DNA from: Prochlorococcus marinus str. NATL2A
GTDB taxonomy: Bacteria > Cyanobacteriota > Cyanobacteriia > PCC-6307 > Cyanobiaceae
Assembly: GCF_000012465.1 (NCBI RefSeq)
Contig: NC_007335.2
Coordinates: 210,001-242,000 of the forward strand
Length of the DNA stretch: 32,000 nucleotides
Direction of reading: 5' to 3'
The position numbers were made by a program, and so were the translations under genes. Below the pieces are notes generated by a model, which did no database searches, was not told the DNA's origin, and saw only the letters and a list, made by a program, of their open reading frames with translations. Position 1 is the stretch's first letter, and each line of letters starts with the position of its first letter. Shown here in pieces: positions 29,088 to 32,000 of the stretch.

Positions 29088-29483
29088 TTATTTTAAAGTT
29101 ACTTTTCCGCCAACAGCCTCAATTGCTTTCTTTAAAGCCTCAGCATCTTCTTTTGTTGCTCCTTCTTTTATTGTTTTTGGAGCAGCTTCAACTAAGGCTT
29201 TTGCTTCGCCAAGGCCTAAACCTGTGGCATTGCGAACTTCTTTAAGGACTTTGATTTTAGATGAAGCTTCAAAGCTTTCTAAAACAACCTCAAATTCAGT
29301 TTTTTCTTCAGCAGCATCAGCACCATCGCCACCAGCAGCAGCTCCTGGAGCGGCCATGACAACGCCGGCAGATGCGGCAGCAGATACACCAAAAGCTTCT
29401 TCTATTTGCTTAACAAGCTCTGAGGCTTCAAGTAAAGAGAGACTTTTTAATGAATCTAAGATTTCATCGGTTTTTGCAGACAT
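29088..29483 (-). CDS. rplL: 50S ribosomal protein L7/L12
   Basis: It has the typical N-terminal dimerisation helix, an Ala/Gly hinge, and a C-terminal domain with KIKVIKEVR-like ([20 protein letters not shown]). Confidence 0.97.
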   Translation of the reverse strand: MSAKTDEILDSLKSLSLLEASELVKQIEEAFGVSAAASAGVVMAAPGAAAGGDGADAAEEKTEFEVVLESFEASSKIKVLKEVRNATGLGLGEAKALVEAAPKTIKEGATKEDAEALKKAIEAVGGKVTLK

Positions 29484-29535
29484 GGTTTAAATCAGCAACT
29501 AAGTAAGTAGAAAACAAATTGTTAAAAAAGGAGGC

Positions 29536-30063
29536 TCAGCTCTCGCCGTTTTCAGAATGTTGTTTAAGAGACCTTGCAAGTCCAGAAGGAACCTCGTTGA
29601 TACCAATAGCGATTTTGCTTGTTATGGAATTCAATGCACCAGCAATTTGTCCCATAAGTGCTTCCTTGCTAGGAAGTTTTGCAATCGCTTTGATTTCATC
29701 TTGAGATAAAAGTTTGCCTTCGAAAAGACCTCCTTTAGTCTCAGACTTTTGAGTTTCCTTTTGAAATGCTTGTACAGCTTTAACAGCACTGCCAACATCT
29801 CCTTTGATTAAAACAAAGGCGTTGGTTCCAGTAAGCAATGAATCCAAACCAGTCCAGGAATTTTTTCCTTTTATGGCTTGACGCATCAAGGTGTTTTTAG
29901 TGACCTTGCATACACCATCGCTTTGTTGCAATCTTGAGCGCAAGTCAGACATCTCTTTTGTGGATAAGCCCTTGTAATCAAGAACTAATGCCATTTCGGA
30001 ATTGTCTAATAGATCCTCTATTTTTTTGACGATCTGCTTTTTGCTTTCCAGCGTGCGGCCCAT
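29536..30063 (-). CDS. rplJ: 50S ribosomal protein L10
   Basis: At 175 aa it lies between rplA and rplL. The pattern V..Y.GL....M..LR..... is present. Confidence 0.95.
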   Translation of the reverse strand: MGRTLESKKQIVKKIEDLLDNSEMALVLDYKGLSTKEMSDLRSRLQQSDGVCKVTKNTLMRQAIKGKNSWTGLDSLLTGTNAFVLIKGDVGSAVKAVQAFQKETQKSETKGGLFEGKLLSQDEIKAIAKLPSKEALMGQIAGALNSITSKIAIGINEVPSGLARSLKQHSENGES

Positions 30064-30286
30064 AATAATTGGATCGAATCGGGGGAAGAACTGGACATGC
30101 GGCCATATTCCCTTATAGGAATCGAGGCCGCTAACGATTCAATCCAAAAAGATAAATCCTGCGTATACCTCGGCGGGGTTTAAAGATTCTATTAAATCGA
30201 AGATTTAATAGATATCAGACCTGCTGTCTTTGGCTGGGCGCATGCCCTTGTGGCTATGCCACTTAGCTAATTTACAACAATAAGGG
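30064..30286 (-). promoter_or_regulatory. Structured 5' leader of rplJ-rplL, probable ribosomal-protein L10 leader (autoregulatory L10(L12)4 binding RNA)
   Basis: This 223-nt spacer is visibly more GC-rich than every other spacer in the window. On the minus strand it contains GTGGC-ATA-GCCAC, GGGC-ATGC-GCCC, and a long composite hairpin GCGGCC-TCG-ATTCC-TATAAG-GGAAT-AT-GGCCGC just upstream of the rplJ ATG. An L10 leader at this position is well known in bacteria. Confidence 0.5.
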
Positions 30287-30994
30287 TCACTTTTCTTTCT
30301 GCAAGTCTTGTAATTCGTTTATATCTACTTCTACTGATGGTCCCATTGTAGATGTGATAAAGAAGCTTCTCCAAAATTTACCTTTTGCACCGCTTGGTTT
30401 ATTTTTTTCTATTGTTGTTTGCAGCGTCTTCAGATTTTCAAGGAGTGCCTCTTCTGAAAAACTTGCTTTACCAAATCGAACGTGAACAATTCCTGCTTTG
30501 TCTGCTCTGAATTCAAGTTTTCCTGCTTTAAATTCTTTAATAGCTCCCTCTAAATCGGTCGTAACTGTTCCTGCTTTTGGATTAGGCATAAGCCCTCTAG
30601 GGCCAAGCACTCTACCAAGTTTGGCTACTTTAGGCATCATATCTGGAGTTGAAATTAGAAGGTCAAAGTTCATTTCTCCTTTGTTGATTGAATCAACTAA
30701 ATCTTCCTCTCCAGCCAGATCAGCGCCTGCTTTAGTTGCTTCATTCACTTTCTCACCGCGTGTTACTACCGCTATTCGTATTTTCTGACCGGTTCCACTT
30801 GGCAAGGCAACTGTTGTCCTTAGTTGCTGATCAGTATATTTTGGGTCAATACCGAGTCTTATATGAGCTTCAATAGTCTCATCGAACTTTGCATTGGCAT
30901 TCTCCTTGACTAGTTTTATAGCTTCAATTGGAGAATATGAACGCTCTTCCACTTTGGAAAGTAACGTTGTCATCCTTTTAGAAAAATTTTTCAT
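30287..30994 (-). CDS. rplA: 50S ribosomal protein L1
   Basis: It is full-length L1 (235 aa) in the canonical rplK-rplA order. Confidence 0.96.
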   Translation of the reverse strand: MKNFSKRMTTLLSKVEERSYSPIEAIKLVKENANAKFDETIEAHIRLGIDPKYTDQQLRTTVALPSGTGQKIRIAVVTRGEKVNEATKAGADLAGEEDLVDSINKGEMNFDLLISTPDMMPKVAKLGRVLGPRGLMPNPKAGTVTTDLEGAIKEFKAGKLEFRADKAGIVHVRFGKASFSEEALLENLKTLQTTIEKNKPSGAKGKFWRSFFITSTMGPSVEVDINELQDLQKEK

Positions 30995-31002
30995 AATAAA
31001 TT

Positions 31003-31030
31003 GGGGTGCATACGACTTTTAGTCTCCCCC
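31003..31030 (-). promoter_or_regulatory. Hairpin in the rplK-rplA spacer, possible L1 autoregulatory site; speculative
   Basis: The minus strand reads GGGGG-A-GAC-TAAAA-GTC-GTATGCA-CCCC. GGGG/CCCC form an outer stem and GAC/GTC an inner stem, ending 8 nt before the rplA ATG. The GGGAG-containing asymmetric helix is reminiscent of L1 binding sites. Confidence 0.25.
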
Positions 31031-31064
31031 TTGTAATAGAAGGTTTGGTGATTTTACGATTTAA

Positions 31065-31490
31065 TTAGTCCTTTATGGAAACACCCATATTTTTGGCAGT
31101 TCCTTCAATAACTTTCATCGCTGATTCGATGCTGCTGCAATTGAGATCAGGAAGTTTTGTTTTAGCAATTTCCTCAAGTTGACTTGTACTAATCGAGCCA
31201 GCAGATCCTTTCGCTGACTCTCCTGAACCTTTTGCAATTCCTGCTGCTTTAGTTATCAAAACAGAAGCAGGAGGGGTTTTTGTTATGAAACTAAAACTTC
31301 TATCTTCGAAAACTGATATTTCTACAGGAATAACAAAGCCAGCTTTGTCTTGGGTGCGCGAATTGTATTCCTTACAAAATGCCATTATGTTTACCCCGTG
31401 TTGACCAAGCGCAGGCCCAACGGGAGGAGCAGGGTTGGCTTTGCCAGCCTGTAAGGCCAACTTGATCAGGGCTACTACTTTCTTTGCCAT
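31065..31490 (-). CDS. rplK: 50S ribosomal protein L11
   Basis: It is full-length L11 ([22 protein letters not shown]). Confidence 0.97.
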   Translation of the reverse strand: MAKKVVALIKLALQAGKANPAPPVGPALGQHGVNIMAFCKEYNSRTQDKAGFVIPVEISVFEDRSFSFITKTPPASVLITKAAGIAKGSGESAKGSAGSISTSQLEEIAKTKLPDLNCSSIESAMKVIEGTAKNMGVSIKD

Positions 31491-31593
31491 CGGCTGAAAA
31501 TTGAACTAATGCGGAAAACCTGAAATTAATCAGATTAAATTATCTATTAAACTTAACTCCTAGACTGACCAGACAGCAAAAGGAAATTAAAAA

Positions 31594-32000
31594 TCAATTT
31601 TGCTTAGTTATTTGAGAAAATTCAAGCTCAACTGGAGTTTCTCTACCAAAAATCGATAAGAGAGCCTTAAGTTTGTTTCGTTCTCCTGAAACTTCAATAA
31701 CTTCTCCTTGGAAGTCTTTAAAAGGACCTGCAGTTACAACAATCTGATCACCTTCCTCTACATCCAATTTGACAACAGTTTTCTTTTCAGCTGCTCGTTT
31801 GAAAATCCTATTAACTTCTTGCCTGCTGAGAGGGCGAGGTTTTATGTGTCCGCGTGCTTTACCAGTAGCTCTGCGGTCCTCTGCACCAACAAAATTAATT
31901 ACATTAGGTGTACTTCTTACAGCCATCATTGTGTCTTCATCTAAAACCATACGAACTAGCACATATCCAGGGAAAACTTTTTCTTCTGTAGTCTGCCTAC
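31594..32000 (-). CDS. nusG: Transcription termination/antitermination factor NusG, C-terminal ~135 codons; the N-terminus lies beyond the window
   Basis: The frame stays open upstream of the track start (GTG 31962) to the window edge: ...RQTTEEKVFPGYVLVRMVLDED.... A KOW domain (GD.V.V..GPF..F.G.V.EV) is at the C-terminus. It sits in the canonical position upstream of rplK. Confidence 0.9.
   Translation of the reverse strand, partial: RQTTEEKVFPGYVLVRMVLDEDTMMAVRSTPNVINFVGAEDRRATGKARGHIKPRPLSRQEVNRIFKRAAEKKTVVKLDVEEGDQIVVTAGPFKDFQGEVIEVSGERNKLKALLSIFGRETPVELEFSQITKQN

Noticed and set aside
30064-30286. The GC-rich rplA-rplJ spacer as a stand-alone RNA gene (SRP/4.5S RNA or tRNA)
   Set aside because: There is no tRNA cloverleaf or T-loop (GTTCRANNC), and no SRP domain IV GGAA/GNRA-loop motif with its symmetric loop. 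Its position inside the rplKAJL block fits a cis-acting leader much better.
31491-31593. The nusG-rplK spacer as an E. coli-type L11-operon leader bound by L1
   Set aside because: Only short AT-rich hairpins (for example CTGA-TTAATT-TCAG) were seen, with no GC-supported structure or GGGAG-like element. I cannot support the call.
1-32000. A previously undescribed multi-gene system (defence island, toxin-antitoxin, CRISPR, prophage, biosynthetic cluster) somewhere in the window
   Set aside because: Every ORF over about 150 aa except one (24401..25120) matches a well-known housekeeping family at its expected length. I saw no integrase or transposase, no tRNA, no direct repeats flanking a block, no repeat-spacer arrays, and no obvious compositional break. 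Claiming a novel system would be unsupported.

Overview
This AT-rich, very tightly packed window reads as a core-genome segment of a marine picocyanobacterium, most likely Prochlorococcus. That assignment rests on gene content and protein motifs only, since no search was run. Almost every long ORF is a recognisable housekeeping gene. In order they are: rsmH (5' fragment), ndhH, a dispersed phylloquinone set (DHNA-CoA thioesterase, menE, menC, menA, menF), gshB-grxC, prfB with the classic +1 programmed frameshift, a small membrane protein, ybeY, dgkA, trpG/pabA, hisC, argS, nadC, mnmE, a DUF2062-like membrane protein, spoT/relA, a fused double-ATPase ABC protein, rluD, rbgA, pgk, a secreted hypothetical, murG, a cobD-like aminotransferase, pyrD, rnhA, and the rplL-rplJ-rplA-rplK-nusG ribosomal block (nusG runs off the 3' edge). 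I found no tRNA or rRNA genes, no CRISPR array, no transposase or integrase, and no cluster resembling a defence, toxin or secondary-metabolite system. I therefore do not claim a novel multi-gene system. The items worth a second look are small and mostly RNA-level. (1) The prfB recoding site, which the ORF track splits into two ORFs. (2) A GC-enriched, structured 223-nt leader upstream of rplJ, probably an L10 leader. (3) An rplL intrinsic terminator whose T-tract directly abuts the rnhA ATG. (4) Two unusually long intergenic regions, 14580-14878 and 22675-23156, one holding a minus-strand terminator-like hairpin that could mark an sRNA and the other a 22-codon hydrophobic ORF. (5) A possible L1-binding hairpin upstream of rplA. 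(6) Extreme gene overlap, including four convergent gene pairs that overlap at their 3' ends. Several longest-ORF starts in the track are non-ATG extensions and were trimmed where an internal ATG fits better.
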